Source: Octopus sinensis (lineage: Eukaryota). Taken from it: DNA of 64,000 nucleotides. The position numbers were made by a program, and so were the translations under genes. Below the pieces are notes generated by a model. The model was not told the origin of the DNA, ran no database searches, and saw only the letters and a program-made list of their open reading frames with translations. The stretch covers positions 91,946,001 through 92,010,000 of the forward strand of contig NC_043005.1 in NCBI RefSeq assembly GCF_006345805.1, in the 5' to 3' direction. Positions 45,735-59,362 of this stretch are shown piece after piece; the first letter of the stretch is position 1; every line of letters begins with the position of its first letter.

Positions 45735-48700
45735 GCATGTGTGTGTGCCTGTGTGTGTGCCTGTGTGTGTGCCTCTGTATATGTGTGCATGTATGCTATT
45801 GTTTCCAATTTATTCTAAAATTTCAAATTACAAATGATTGATAAATGAATATCTTGAAAATTAGATTATATTTGTATATTTTCAATACTGAAATGAAATG
45901 ATTACTTGATTGACACAAATACAACTTTAAAAAATATAAATTTAAAGTATGAAAAATACAAAAATATAGATTAAATGTTTAAAACTTTGAATGCATGATT
46001 TTTTTTTCAACTGAGATTATTATAACATGTAACTTGTAACTTTGTAACATTATTTGGCAGTTCAAGTGTAAACACAATATTATAATAAACTTAAGTTCAA
46101 AATTACTTGCAATTCTTGAAATGGCTATTTTGCCTTAAAAAACAATTTAAAGCTCATATCACAGTACCTTAATTAAATTAATAGATTGTTTAAATGTTCT
46201 AATATCCCCACAGAAATGTTTGTAAAGGCCTCATTGATTAGATCTAAGAAGGCTTGTCTACTGATGGAATATAATTTAATTAGCATGAAACATTAATTCT
46301 GTGAATTGTTTATCTTTCAGTGAACTTGAAATATTGAATTGTTATCAATAAAGATCCATTTCTTGTTTTTAGATCATTTCACATTCTATTAGTTTATGAT
46401 GGTATTAATCCCAAATAAAACTCATGCAGGGAAATTTTAGTTGCCTTTTTCTAACCCTTGCCTCACATGCCCATGTGGGTATGGGATATAAACTTAAAAA
46501 AAAAAAACCCCAAGACCTGGAAGTTAGGGCGATAATGCAAAGCATGATAAAATGATAATTAGCTAGTAATTTCCAATTGTACACCAGTCATATTCCAGGC
46601 AGCTAATGCCAGAACTTGACCCAGGATTCTGGCAGCTTTAAGCTATGTTCTTTTGAGTTATATTCCTGTTATGTACTTGGGAGTCTAATTTATTAAGTTG
46701 TGCAATTTTGTTTTACCTATTCTATTCCTTAAGATATATAGATATGTTGTTTGCTAAAATAAAAAAGAATGTGTGGGGAGATTAAAGTATTTATAGATAA
46801 CTATCACAATATAACTGTGTGTGATTGTAAAGCATTTTCAGAATTTATTTTTAAATATATTTTTAGAAAAAAATTAAATGAGGTTATGAATGCTAACAAC
46901 ACATATGAAAGATTTAAAAAGTTTATATCATTTTTATATTTGTCATTTGTGCTTGCATCCTTATTTAATTCTTTTTTAAAAATATATAAATATGTATTCT
47001 CTTTCCAATTCTTGACAAGTCTTTTACAAAAAATTATTTATTTACAAATAAATGTAGAATAACTTCATTATCATACACTGCTTGCATTGGAAATCAAAAT
47101 ATATTTATAAGTTGTATACTCAGATCAGAATTAAGGAAAAAGAAATAAGCCACTTTATTGCAGCCTTATAACAAGTAATTAATGAGTATTTAATGTCATA
47201 ATAACAGCAATATTATATAACACTTTTTAGTACTGTTTTCTTTCTAAAATATTTCTACTAAAGACAGAAACCTTTGTTTCTCTAAGAATATGCAAATTAA
47301 TATTAATCAATCTTATAAAATACTCTTGATATTTATAGCTCTTTTTTTTTAAAAACATTATTGGCACTAAATAATTTTGAAATTGGATTCATTTTTAGCT
47401 TATTTTGTTTAAATTAAAGTTATACCGTTGCTTTTAATGACTATATTGTATCATTTGATAATGAAAACTTGAATTGTTAATTTTAATAGCAATATTCTCC
47501 CTATAAGGACACTTCATATGTTGAAACCAATTACATTTTAACAAATTTCTCCTAAAAATAAAGCATATTTAATTTTTAGTAGGAATGCAAATATTCCCTA
47601 AACATCTTTATCAATGCTTCTTGCATCCCTAAATGATTTCTAAGAGCTTCAGCGCCCTCTTATAATACTGTTCAGGGTATAAATTTTCAGTTTGCTTACT
47701 TCCAGAATTATTTTAAAACAGTTTTGCTGCTTCTTGTTAGTAAATGTAGCTTTACACTTGACTCTTATTCCATCAAATGCAGAAAGAATTGCCATTTTTC
47801 CATTTCTGAAGAATGTATTTTTATCATATTAGTTTTGATTGTTGTTGATTCCTTTGTTAAGTTTGCAAGAAGGCATTTCTTGTAAACATTCCTTCTCTGT
47901 TCAATGCATGGTCTGAAGCTTAGTCTCAGCTTAGACAGTTCTACATTTTTCTTTCCTTTTTCATCAGTTTACACCTTACATGTCTAACATTTTGGTTAAT
48001 GAGAAATTAAATTCTTTTTTATTATTTTTTCACCTATGTTGTTTTTACCAGTTAAATATTTGTTTCTTTTGTTTTAAATCCTTTTGAGTGAGAAATGTTC
48101 CAACCTGTAGACATTTTAATATCTAACTTATCTAAATTGTAATTTATCTAACTACTGCTGAAAACTCATACTAATCTGTTGGTTTGTTATTTTGCTACAC
48201 TTATTCATATAATTAAATGCTTTTATGAGTTAGTTAACTTTTATTTACATACAGATACTGAATTAACTACTGTGTTAAGAAATAAACATGAGTAATTATA
48301 TAGTTATTAGAACTGTTTCAGTGTGCTAAATTTCAACTTATACTTTTTATATACCTGTTTTCAATAAAAGAATATGAAATATGAAGATATTTTTCCGTTT
48401 CTTTAACTCTATAAAAATAACTCAAATATAAATTCTCTTTATCCCTCCAAAATAAATTTTTAAAAAATACAAAAAAAAAATTATTTTTCAATTTTTCATT
48501 GCAAACAATTGTTTGAGATATTTTTGTGGACGGGTAAATTATCGAACGCTGACTCACAATTATGATGTCTTCTCCATTGTACATTTTGTTGTTGACCAGA
48601 TAGCTTTGGTCTTATCAAAATCTGTCAGCAATGCTCAACATTTTGGGAGTAGTTTTTGGAATTTGGAAAGATCATTTCAGTCTCACTGTTTAGCATCCGA

Positions 48701-49474
48701 GGGTTTAACAACTTATCTGTGTGGTGCCAAGATGTAAAGTGGAGATAGTGCACTACCATTTACACCAAGTCCTTTCAGTTGTCAAAAACATGTCTTAGTA
48801 GTTTTCAGATCTATATTCTTGTGTGTTTTAGCAAGATAGACAAAAAATTCCAAATTAATCTACTGATGATGAATATGTGGCATAAAAGTTGTTCAAAACT
48901 ATCTGAAACCAACAAAAGCAACCATAACTAGAAGGCATCACAGGAGCAAACATTTTGGGGAATTTTCTTAGTAGAAGATAATTTTAGAAAATCTGGATTT
49001 AGAGTTAATCAGACTTTTAAAATAAATTTAGACTAGTTATTAAGTACAATGTATGCCAGCATTGTACTTTAAAAAAAACATGTTAAACAATGATGATGAT
49101 GATGATGAATAGGTCAAATTCATTTTGATTATTTTATGAATTATTCTATTGATTTGAACTACATCATATAGAATTATATTACCATCATCTTTTCTCCATT
49201 TCATTCATGTATAAAATTATTTGATGCACTAATAGTGAGCGAGAAAGAAAATTGTTTACTTACAAATGATTTCCCACATTCATTAGTACTGACAGGGCAA
49301 AAATGTTTACTGAAAATCATTTCAATTGTAACTCTGCGCAAGATAATCCACCTACCTCAAAAAATGTAAAAAAATAAGAAAGAAATTAAAGATAAAATTA
49401 TAAAAGTTTCTGAAAAATATTTTGAAAAATTCTATTTGAAAATTGTTATCAAACAAAATTAACAGAGCCATATG

Positions 49475-49715
49475 AAAATTGTTTGATGGTTGTTTCTAGC
49501 ACATCTTACAAATCTAAATTGTTTGATGACTGTTGCTAGCACAATGTGTCTTATAAAGTCTGTTTGATTGCTGCTAGTAGAATGTCTTACAAAGTCTAAT
49601 TGTTTTGATGATTGTTGCTAGCACAATTGTGTCTAGAGGTCTATCTTGTAGTTATTGAGAATGAAAATGTCTTTAAATGTCTCATTTATTTTATGGTTGT
49701 TGCTAGCACAATAGT
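49475..49715. repeat. Degenerate tandem repeat, ~40-45-bp unit x4-5
   Basis: ttgtttgatg.ttgttgctagcacaat..gtctta.aaagtct recurs. Confidence 0.7.
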
Positions 49716-49841
49716 TGTAGTTCTTTTATTTTATAAAGTTTTCATCAAGTGTTCCAAAACTATTTCTCAATGTCCTGTGTATTTTTTCACTTAAATCTAA
49801 AAATCAAACAAAAAAAGAAAGAAAAGAAAACACACATCATG

Positions 49842-49895
<54 letters not shown>

Positions 49896-52800
49896 TATGT
49901 TTGTAAAAAGAACTGCTCAGAAAATATTGTTTTGGGGACATAAAGTAATGCCCAAATAAAAACAAGATGAGAAAACAATGTAAGTAAAGTGTTTTTTCCT
50001 CTCTACTTCTGAACAGTTTGTTTATTGAAATATTCTTCATGAAATGAGTAGAGGGGAACATAGAGTTCAATGTGAAAGTGTTTCTATGAATGAAAACTAA
50101 TTATTTAACTTTAAAAAAAAAACAATTTCACTTATACCTTTTTCCTTTTTGGTCTGGCTGTTATCTTTATGTCAAGGTTCCTAATTTTTCAGGTATCAGG
50201 CATAACTTATTGTTTTTGTTGTTTTTCTGATTTTTTTTTCTGTTATAAAGATACATAAAAGCTGACCGATAATTGTTTATTAATTTGGTCTGCTGTGATA
50301 TTAGGTGTTTGAATATATTTATGGAATTTGTGATGGACATTTTAAGGAGGAATTCTTTTCAGTTTCAAAGATTTCATTGCACACATAATCTCATACACAA
50401 CATGAACATCCATAACCCTACAGTAAATATTATTGTCTTTTTATTATTTGTTTTCAAAAGCTTTTTTCATCCCGATTCAGGATTTGTTTCAGTGAGGCAA
50501 AAGAAAAACCTGAAATTTGATATTACATAACTATTTTCCATGATAAATTACTTTTTGACTGGCTTGTTAATTGTTGATATTCAGTCAAATATCAAACAGT
50601 CTTGTGTTTAATTCAGTTTTAAGAATAAATAAAAACAAATGAAAAAAAAAACAAAACCAGACAAAAAATGCTCGAAATTTAAGAACCATATTTTTCTTTT
50701 CAGATTACAATTATTTTGCTCATGATAAAAAAATGTTTTTGTTTAAGGATCATTGAATTTCTTGTTAGCTAAAGTTTTTTCAGTGCTGACTAAAATGTTC
50801 CTTGTGTTTTTGTTATCGATTATTCAGTTACAATTGTTAACATGCATGGATATTATCAGTCAGCTAGCAAAACAAAAAAAAAAATTGAAAGTGTGTCCTA
50901 TAAGAACATGGAGTTTGTTTCTTTTACGTAATTCCCATTTGTCTATTTCTATTTCCAATCATAAACGTATACCTGAACTGAATTCTTTGTTAGAAGTTAT
51001 TTTTTAATGCAATATCCATTTTTTTTTTCTTTTTGGAAAACAGAGAAAAATATTTAACAGATTTTTTAAAATCTTTTATTGGTATGTTTTCTGTTCAAAT
51101 GACATTTTAATTTTATTCATCTTTACCTGTTCATATATTACTTAACTTGCAGTTATTATTATTATTTCATGACTGCATTTGCTATAGAAATGATTAAATG
51201 AGCCAAATGTGACACTAAAACCTCACTGTGTGTCTTGTAAATTCATTTGATCATGTATAAGTTTCTAATTAATATAATCTTTACAATGAATCAAAATGAT
51301 ATTTTCTTTCATTTGCATTTGTTTTATAAGAAGAAAGCAATCAATTTCAATTTAAAACAGGCATTTTCCTGTGAATATAGATAAATTATAGGATTATTTG
51401 AAATTAACTGTTGTCCTTCAAGAATCACCACTTGAGAATTGTAGAGCCTCTAGCCCTTAACAGGTTAAACTTTAAGGTCTTAAAGTGAGTTTGTTGCCCA
51501 CTGCAATATAAAAACTTACAAATAGTCTTATTCTTAAAGCTGTCACTGCCTTGTAGACCAATGAAGTTTAAAAACAATTCAGTGAATATTTTGTAGAAAA
51601 TGTTGCTGATTCTTTGAATATTTAAGTCCTGAATCACAACATTAAGCAGTCAATCATGCAAGTTATAACAAATCTAGTTTCTTATAATACAAAAAGGTTT
51701 TATTGGTAAATGTACCGGCTATTTAGAAAATGACTTCCTCATAAATTAATTAATTAATTTTACAATAAACTATTTTTAGCCTTGCTCTTAGCACAATTTT
51801 ACAATTTTCTTATGGTTATTACAAATTAAATATAAGAGAAAAGAGTTAGATATCAGATGTTTATCTAATTGGTAATGTAAAATATTGAAACATTAATCAA
51901 TTTTGTTTTTCTGATTCTTGCTTTAAAGATTTAAAGAGAGAAAGAATGATTGTGTGTGTGTGTTTGTGTGTATATGAGTCAGCATAGATTTTTATCTTTT
52001 TTGTCAGGATACACTTTTAGAAGTTGTGATTGAATAAGGGCCTTTTAAATATGAAGAGAATTGGACCTTAACACTATTGATTTTATTTTGAGGATTTTAA
52101 ACTCAAAAGTTCTTTCAATGGTTTCATTATAGATCTTAAATTCAAGATTAAATGTACTTACTCAAAACAGTAATAGAGAAGAATTTAATATAATTTGTTT
52201 TTCTATGAATGGTTCCATAAAATATAATACAAAATATCTTGTATGAGATAATTTGATCAACTAAGAAAGTTACTTACTTGAAAGATCTGAAATAGCTGTC
52301 TAAATTAAATGTATTTCTTTCTTTAAAGTTCATCTAGATTATTTTTTACTTAAAAACTTTCAGATACATGTGAAATTAGGTTTCCTTTTTGGTATAATTA
52401 AGAAAACAATTCATCCTTAACACTAAATCTAGTGTTAAACAGTGGAATGGTGAGATACAGAATAAAGAAATATTAAAGAAAATCCTATGTGGCTAAATTA
52501 ATTAATACCATGTAATAAGAAAAATTGAAAATGCCTTAATCACAGCACAAATTCACTCTGCTCTAGCTTTCCATCTACATATGAAATGTTTTGTGTATGT
52601 ATCAGCAGAATTTCAAACAAAATTTGGTACAATGAAATGCCATGATTTATTGTATGGTTTATCAATTTACCACACAGAATTCTTTCATTTTCTTTAAGAT
52701 AATCTAAACTATTAATTCTTAGATAGGCACAAAATCTCAGACTTGTAGTATATAACCATGATGTCATGATTTCCTCAAGAGTATTAGCTATGTAAATGAA

Positions 52801-54340
52801 TAGAAATGGTTACAAATGGAAATCAAAATCCGATTACATGTTTAGTTCTCCTGAAGACTATTCATGTATCACCTACCAAAGAAAATTTATTGCCTTGGTA
52901 TAAAAGTACAGCTTTTTTGGAGGAAGAAAATAGAATAATGTGACATAATAGTGTATATAAAATAGGGAATTGGAGCCAGTTTTTTTTTTACCTCAGATCA
53001 CTGAGAGTTTGCCTCTTGCAAAAAAGTTCTTACCATCAAAATTAAGATGTTAAAAATGAAAAGGTTTTATGAACTGATAATTTGATAAAGAAGCTTTACG
53101 ATAACTATTATTTCTTGCATAAAAGAATTTGCAAGATCTTTCTCTGATCTCAAAGTAAAACTTTTATCTTGATTGTTACAATGTCATCAAGGTCATTTGC
53201 TTTTTATGCATTTATCTATGTCATACAATCAGTTTTCACCAACAATAATTTAATAATTTATATTGCCTTGAGTCTTTACAATTATATTGATAGAAATGCA
53301 AAAAAAAAAACCCTTACATTGTATAAATTTAAGTGCTACTAATTAATTTTCTAGGAAACTTTATATATTTAATATAGCCAAATTATTCCAATATTTTCCC
53401 TCTTTTTCAAAAGTCAATTCTACTTAAAAACATCTTTTCTATTTATGGGCTCCAAATATTGTATAATGTTGAGAAACAAAGAAACTTTCCCTTTACTGGT
53501 ATTTATTTCCATTTTTTCTTTCTTTCCACACATATAGAATATAATCATATAAATAAAAACACTCGTCTGATGTTTCATAAGCAAAACCATCTACTTAAAT
53601 GTCTCGTCCATATTTTATCTTTTGCACAGCCCATGGCCTATAGAAACAGTCTTCTCTACGGCTGTTTCTATAGGCTGTGCAAAAGATATTTTTTACTCTT
53701 TCTTTTTAATATTATTTAAGAAAAGCAAATTTTGTTTATCTTTTGGAAAAACAACTAATTCCAAACAGGATAAAATTCCAGAGCATAGATACTTCTAATT
53801 TTATAACAAAAAAAGTAGTTTAAATTTTGTTGAAAAATATTTAAGGTCAATCCATTGTTAAGTGTCACAAAAGCTAGATATATATTTTTTATAGATTAAG
53901 TACTTTTGAAAAAAAAGCATCTGTAGCCTAGTTTGATGTGCTTATATGTTGTCTCCTGGCAACATATAGGTGTAACTCTAGAATCATATTAAGTTCAGTG
54001 TAAAATAAGAGCTAACTTTATAATATCATTTAGAAAATATTTCAATTAGATCTGAATTAAAATATGCTGGAATAACTTATTTATCGAAGTTGGTAAAAAC
54101 AATGTATGAATAATACTTTTGTGAAGTACATTATGATAGAAAGGCCACTCTGTCAAGAAGTTTCTATCTTTTATATAGGTTCAACTAAATCTTTGACTCC
54201 CATTAAGACAGCATTAATCAGCTACTAACAATTTTTATCTATGTTATGTTAATAAATGTTATTTAATTAAACATACGTTGATATAAAGATATTAAATAGA
54301 TTAAAAAGAGAATGTGATTTCCATATAAACTATTATTTCT

Positions 54341-54569
54341 TATTTCTTTGATGCACACAAGGGACTAAACATAGAGGGGGACAAGCAAGGACTGACAAAT
54401 GGATTAAGTCGATTACATCGACCCCAGTGCATAACTGGTACTTTATTTATCGACCCCAAAAGGATGAAAGGCAAAGTCGACCTGGGCAGAATTTGAACTC
54501 AGAACGTAACGGCAGACGAAATACTACAAAGCATTTTGCCCGGTGCACTAACATTTCTGCCAGCTCGCC
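54341..54569 (-). mobile_element. tRNA-type SINE family A
   Basis: Reverse copy; ctattatttct at 54330-54340 and 54569-54579 is a likely TSD. Confidence 0.9.
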
Positions 54570-54883
54570 TATTATTTCTGCCTTGACCAAGATATGTATG
54601 AATGCCAACATAGCAGTGTTTCATCATATTTTTAAGAGTATATTTGAACAGAATATTTAAAGATGTTTAAGAATATAAATGGTCCACCCAGCCACCTTTT
54701 ATTGAAAATTGAACGCTTTTCCAATCTCAAATGCCATAATTCCCATAAGCAAGAAGTTCCCCCTTGCCTGCAGACATTATAAGCAGTCGTTTTTAGCTGT
54801 TTCCACTAACTACTGAATCTGGGTACATTATTTCTCCCTGAATTGAAACCAATCCATTCTCAACATTACATTTTGTTGGCAGC

Positions 54884-54935
<52 letters not shown>

Positions 54936-55184
54936 TGATTATTTTAACATGCAAATATGATATGACCATCCAAATAAGTTGTACATACACACATACACAC
55001 ACACATTGGGTCAAGCCATAAATAATGTGGTTTTCTTTTAATTGCATGAACTAAAAGTTAGAGGGGGATGGGATAAACTACCTGCATCAACTTGCCATAA
55101 AAGCAGGTAGTAATTTTACCTTATTCTTAGTGCAAGTTTTGAAGAGTGCAGTTTGATTTTAACAGTTATTTTTTCAAAGCTGTA

Positions 55185-55262
55185 ATGAGTTCAATAAAGG
55201 CAACAAAGCTTTATGAGTTCAATAAAGGCAACAAAGCTTTATGAGTTCAATAAAGGCAACAA
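55185..55262. repeat. 28-bp tandem repeat x3
   Basis: atgagttcaataaaggcaacaaagcttt at 55185, 55213 and 55241. Confidence 0.9.
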
Positions 55263-55273
55263 CGCAATGGAAA

Positions 55274-55702
55274 GTGCAAGGAATATTAGGTAAGTAGCTT
55301 GCTTACCAACATGGTTCCGGGTTCAGTCCCACTGCATGGCACCTTGGGCAAGTGCCTTCTACTATAGCCTTGGGCCGACCAAAGCCTTGTGTGTGGATTT
55401 GGTAGACGGAAACTGAAAGAAGCCTGTTGCATATATATATATATATATTATATATATATATATATTATATATATATATATGTAATTATATATTTGTGTTT
55501 CTGTGTTTGTCACCCCAACATCGTTTCACAACCAATGTTGGTGTGTTTACATTCCCATCACTTAGCAGTTCAGCAAGAGAAACCGATAGAATAAGTACTA
55601 GGCTTACAAAGAATAAGTCTTGGGGTCGATTTGCTCAACTAAAGGTAGTGCTCCAGGATGGCCGCAATCAAATGACTGAAACAAATAAAAGAATAAAGAA
55701 TA
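55274..55702 (+). mobile_element. tRNA-type SINE family B
   Basis: ...TAAGTAGCTTGCTTACCAACATGGTTCCGGGTTCAGTCCCACTG...AAATGACTGAAACAAATAAAAGAATAAAG. Confidence 0.9.
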
Positions 55703-55704
55703 GT

Positions 55705-56313
55705 AGATGAGGATTGGATAATAAGCATAAGCCATTGTCAGCAGTGTTTCCAGAAATTCCGAGCTGGAAACTACAGCCTAGAAGATGAGCCTCATCCTGG
55801 AAGATCTGTAGAGCTTGATGAGGACGTCTGCAAAACCTGGTGGAATAAAATCCCATCATAACAGTTGAGGGGCTAGCAGAGAAGCTTGGATTTAGTCATT
55901 CAAGTCAGTACCATCTTTGGTTTCAGGATGAAAGGTGTTCTTCTATCAGGATAATGCTCAGCCACATACAGCAAGGATGACAGTCCAAAGGCTGGAACAG
56001 TTTGAATGGGAAGCGATACCCCTCCCACCGTATTCACTGGACATTGCCCAATCTGATTATCATTTATTCCGCCGTCTTCAAAATCATTTGGACGGAAAAA
56101 ATTTGAATTCTGTAAATGAGGTTAGAAAAGTACTGGATGTGTATTTTTCATCATGGACAAGTGAATTTTGGAAGAGAGGCCTTGCAAGTCTACCAGATAG
56201 GTGGAAGAGCATTGTTGAAAATGAAGGAGCATATATTAAAAAAGAACTTCGTTTATCTTAATTTTGAAAAATTAAAGAAGTACAAGAGAATCACATTATT
56301 TATGGGACGACCT
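55705..56313 (+). mobile_element. Internally deleted mariner element (HTH remnant joined to the DD34D C-terminus and 3' TIR)
   Basis: CFQKFRAGNYSLEDEPHPGRSVELDED (mariner HTH2) then FYQDNAQPHTA...PPYSLDIAQSDYHLFRRLQNHL...LPDRWKSIVENEGAYI; terminus ttatttatgggacgacctaata followed by TA. Confidence 0.85.
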
Positions 56314-56421
56314 AATATATATATTATACATCAAAGAATCTATACATTTTGCAATGCACATGTTCAGAATATCATTTCTAACAATATCCTTGTCTCCTCC
56401 AAAATAGAATTTCCACATTAA

Positions 56422-56657
56422 GGTGGCGAGCTAGCAGAAACGTTAGCACGCCGGGCGAAGTGCTTTGCGGTATTTCGTCTGCCGTTACGTTCTGAGTTCA
56501 AATTCCGCCAAGGTCGACTTTGCCTTTCATCCTTTCGGAGTCGATAAATCAAGTACCAGTTACACACTGAGGTCGATGTAATCGACTTAATCCCTTTGTC
56601 TGTCCTTGTTTGTCCCCTCTATTTTAGCCCTTTGTGGGCAATAAAGAAATAAGAAAT
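56422..56657 (+). mobile_element. tRNA-type SINE family A, young copy
   Basis: GGTGGCGAGCTAGCAGAAACGTTAGC...AATAAAGAAATAAG; aattt[c/t]cacatt flanks. Confidence 0.9.
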
Positions 56658-57422
56658 AAATTTTCACATTGATTCTGATAGTTCTTCAGACATAATGTAA
56701 GCACCCTGCAAAACAGGGATATGTTTCCTGCTAACCTAAATTTGATATAGAAATCTGTGTATGCATTTGTAGACATTAATATTTGCACATATTATTTGTT
56801 AAGTATAGCATATTTCCAAACAGTGTTTTGTTTGAATTACATTTCAGTATCATGTTTGACTTATATATGTACACACATACACACGTCTGTGTAAGATGTT
56901 GAAAATGGAGGCAAAGATTATATGTGCGTGCATACATTTGTTGTGACTATGATTTACCTTGTACATTTCTTTGTTGTCCCTCCATCCACTATGCTACCTT
57001 TTTTGTTACCCCTCCCCACATACATACATACATGCACACACACATACATATATATACCCACAAATAATGATATATTCATGTGTGTGTGTGCTTGCATGCG
57101 TACATGTATTAAAAACTTGACTATACTCCTGTTTTTATCTTTTATATTAAGAACTTTTCAGATTTCTTAATTAGTCCTTTATTAATGTTCCCAAGTCTTT
57201 TAACATTCTAGACTTTTTTCAGTCTATTGTTGCCATTTTATTGCGAGCATTTTTTAGATGAATGTTGGCACATCTGCTTCTTATTCTTTATTATTAAACT
57301 CGACATTGTTCAGAAAATAATTTGTCTGTAGTTTGTTGCTAGGGATATGTTATCGATCTCAGAGCAAAAATTCTGCATTGTATTTAGCTCTTCCAACTAA
57401 TCTTTTAGTATAAGATAGATGT

Positions 57423-57733
57423 ACATTATTTACATTTGACGGATATTTGTCCTCATCTTGTTTGTTGTTAACACAATGTTTCGGCTTCATCAGGTGTCTT
57501 GGAGAAATTTTGAACCTGGGTTCTCATTCCTAAGGTATTTTTTGATATTATTATTATTCAGGTCACTGCCTGGAATTGAACTCATAATCTTGGAGTTAGT
57601 AGCCTGCGTGCTTAACCATTACACCATATGTGGCAATTATGGAGTGAATTTTAGGGCTTATAAATCTAATATTTTCCTATCCTTCCTTAATACCAGTTCC
57701 CATATGCTATTCAAATCTACACTCAGGCAGTGA

Positions 57734-57772
<39 letters not shown>

Positions 57773-57940
57773 CATCGAAAAATACCTTAGGAATGAGAAC
57801 CCAGGTTCAAAATTTCCCAAAGACACCTGATGAAGGCTGGAGGGTATATCAGCCGAAACGTGTTAACAACAAACAAGATGAGGACAAATATCCATCAAAT
57901 GTAAATAATGTAGATAATTCATGTCTTAATTATGGAACTG
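57423..57940. mobile_element. Penelope-like insertion: minus-strand 3' end (ORF tail, tRNA-like cassette, hammerhead) plus an inverted partial pLTR, with a 12-bp TSD
   Basis: Inverted arms at 57421-57572 and 57724-57912. TAAGATAGATGT at 57411-57422 and 57941-57952. Minus-strand VDLNSIWELVLRKDRKILDL* at 57720-57658. Hammerhead cores at 57470-57498(-) and 57822-57864(+). Confidence 0.8.
57822..57864 (+). ncRNA. Hammerhead ribozyme motif, degenerate (stem III/cleavage triplet deleted)
   Basis: gacac CTGATGA a ggctg-gagggtatat-cagcc GAAAC gtgtt. The sister copy on the - strand has gacac CTGATGA a gcc GAAAC att gtgtt (stem II deleted). Confidence 0.65.
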
Positions 57941-59362
57941 TAAGATAGATGTGTTATCAATAATGTTTTGTATGATATGCTGTAACTGCAATGGCTTCTT
58001 GTTATAAATGTCAATTGGACCATCTGTCAAATTTTATGAATTTCTAGTTGTTCAATCAACCGTACTACTTATGAACTGTGACTGAGTTTGGAAGCAGGCA
58101 TGACTGAGTTAAAACAATTTACTTTGCAATCATGAAGTCCTCAGTTCAATCCTGCTGAATGGTAACTTAACCTCAGATTGTAAGTCTGAAGGAATTTGTG
58201 TAGACAGAAACCGTGTAGGAACCCAATTGATCCATGGAACATGTAATTCAAAAGTCCAGCCTTTGAATTCCATGGCAATACTGATTTTATCATCTAAAGG
58301 CATACATTTTTTGTAAAACACTCAATCATTTTGTGCATTAATTCGATGAACAGTTGTTTTCCCAACCAGCTGCTCATGCATCAAAATAGATATGCGAGTC
58401 CATTGTTATGTTGGCTGAGGTGTTCCATCAACATACTCCTTAGACTAAGCAGGTTGCTGTGTGTTAAATGAATCTAAAAATATCCAATACAGTCTGTTGA
58501 CAGACTGTCTCGCAGATTTTGTCTACCCTGTTTCACACAGGTTTACTCAAGGTTATTGTAGAAGTCACTTGCCCAGGATTACTAAACATTAGGATCTAAG
58601 CTGGTACAGCATATTGTGATAGTGAAATGAACTGAATTTCTTAACATTCAGCCGTATATGCACAGATCTCCTTGTTTGTAAATGTATGTCCAGCTGGTAA
58701 GATAGTGTAACAAGACCTACTGGTGTTGCAACACTATAATAACAGCTAATTACAAAAATTAAGCCATGTCAACAACAAAACTCTGAGTTAATTAATAAAT
58801 ACCAGCTGACCGGCTTATTTTACAAACGCAGATGCAAATGAGATTTATGAACTTCATAACTGTTTCTTGGCAACTGAGGACATATGTAATGAACATAGCC
58901 AGTGCAAAAATGAGATGGTTTTACAATTAGAAGTATTTCTGTCTTGTACAGAGTTCTCAAAGATTTAGGATAATAGTACAAAATCATAACTGCTAGATAA
59001 TGTACTCTACTAAAACTAGTTAGATTTTAACGGTCAGCATTTGTTTGTTGTTGAAAGAAAACTATTGTTAGAATGAATTAGAAACATGCAGATCATTGCC
59101 ATAATACATCTGCTTTTATGGCAGGCATCAACTGTTGCAATGATTCACTCAGAAGATAGGATTACTGAAATCTGGAAACTTTTATTGTCCCAAACATGGT
59201 GTAAAAGAAAAATTTAGAAAATATAAAAAGTCTTTCATAAAAAAAAACAAACTGCTGCACAGTTGCCTTCTTAAAAGAAACCCCGCCACACACACAGACA
59301 TATAAAGACATGCTCATATGCATATATCCTCCACCCAACAATATATATATATATATATATAT

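Noticed and set aside
57567-57630. Possible functional tRNA gene (ACT anticodon loop)
   Set aside because: Acceptor, anticodon and T stems do not pair properly and it is embedded in a mobile element; treated as a tRNA-derived cassette.
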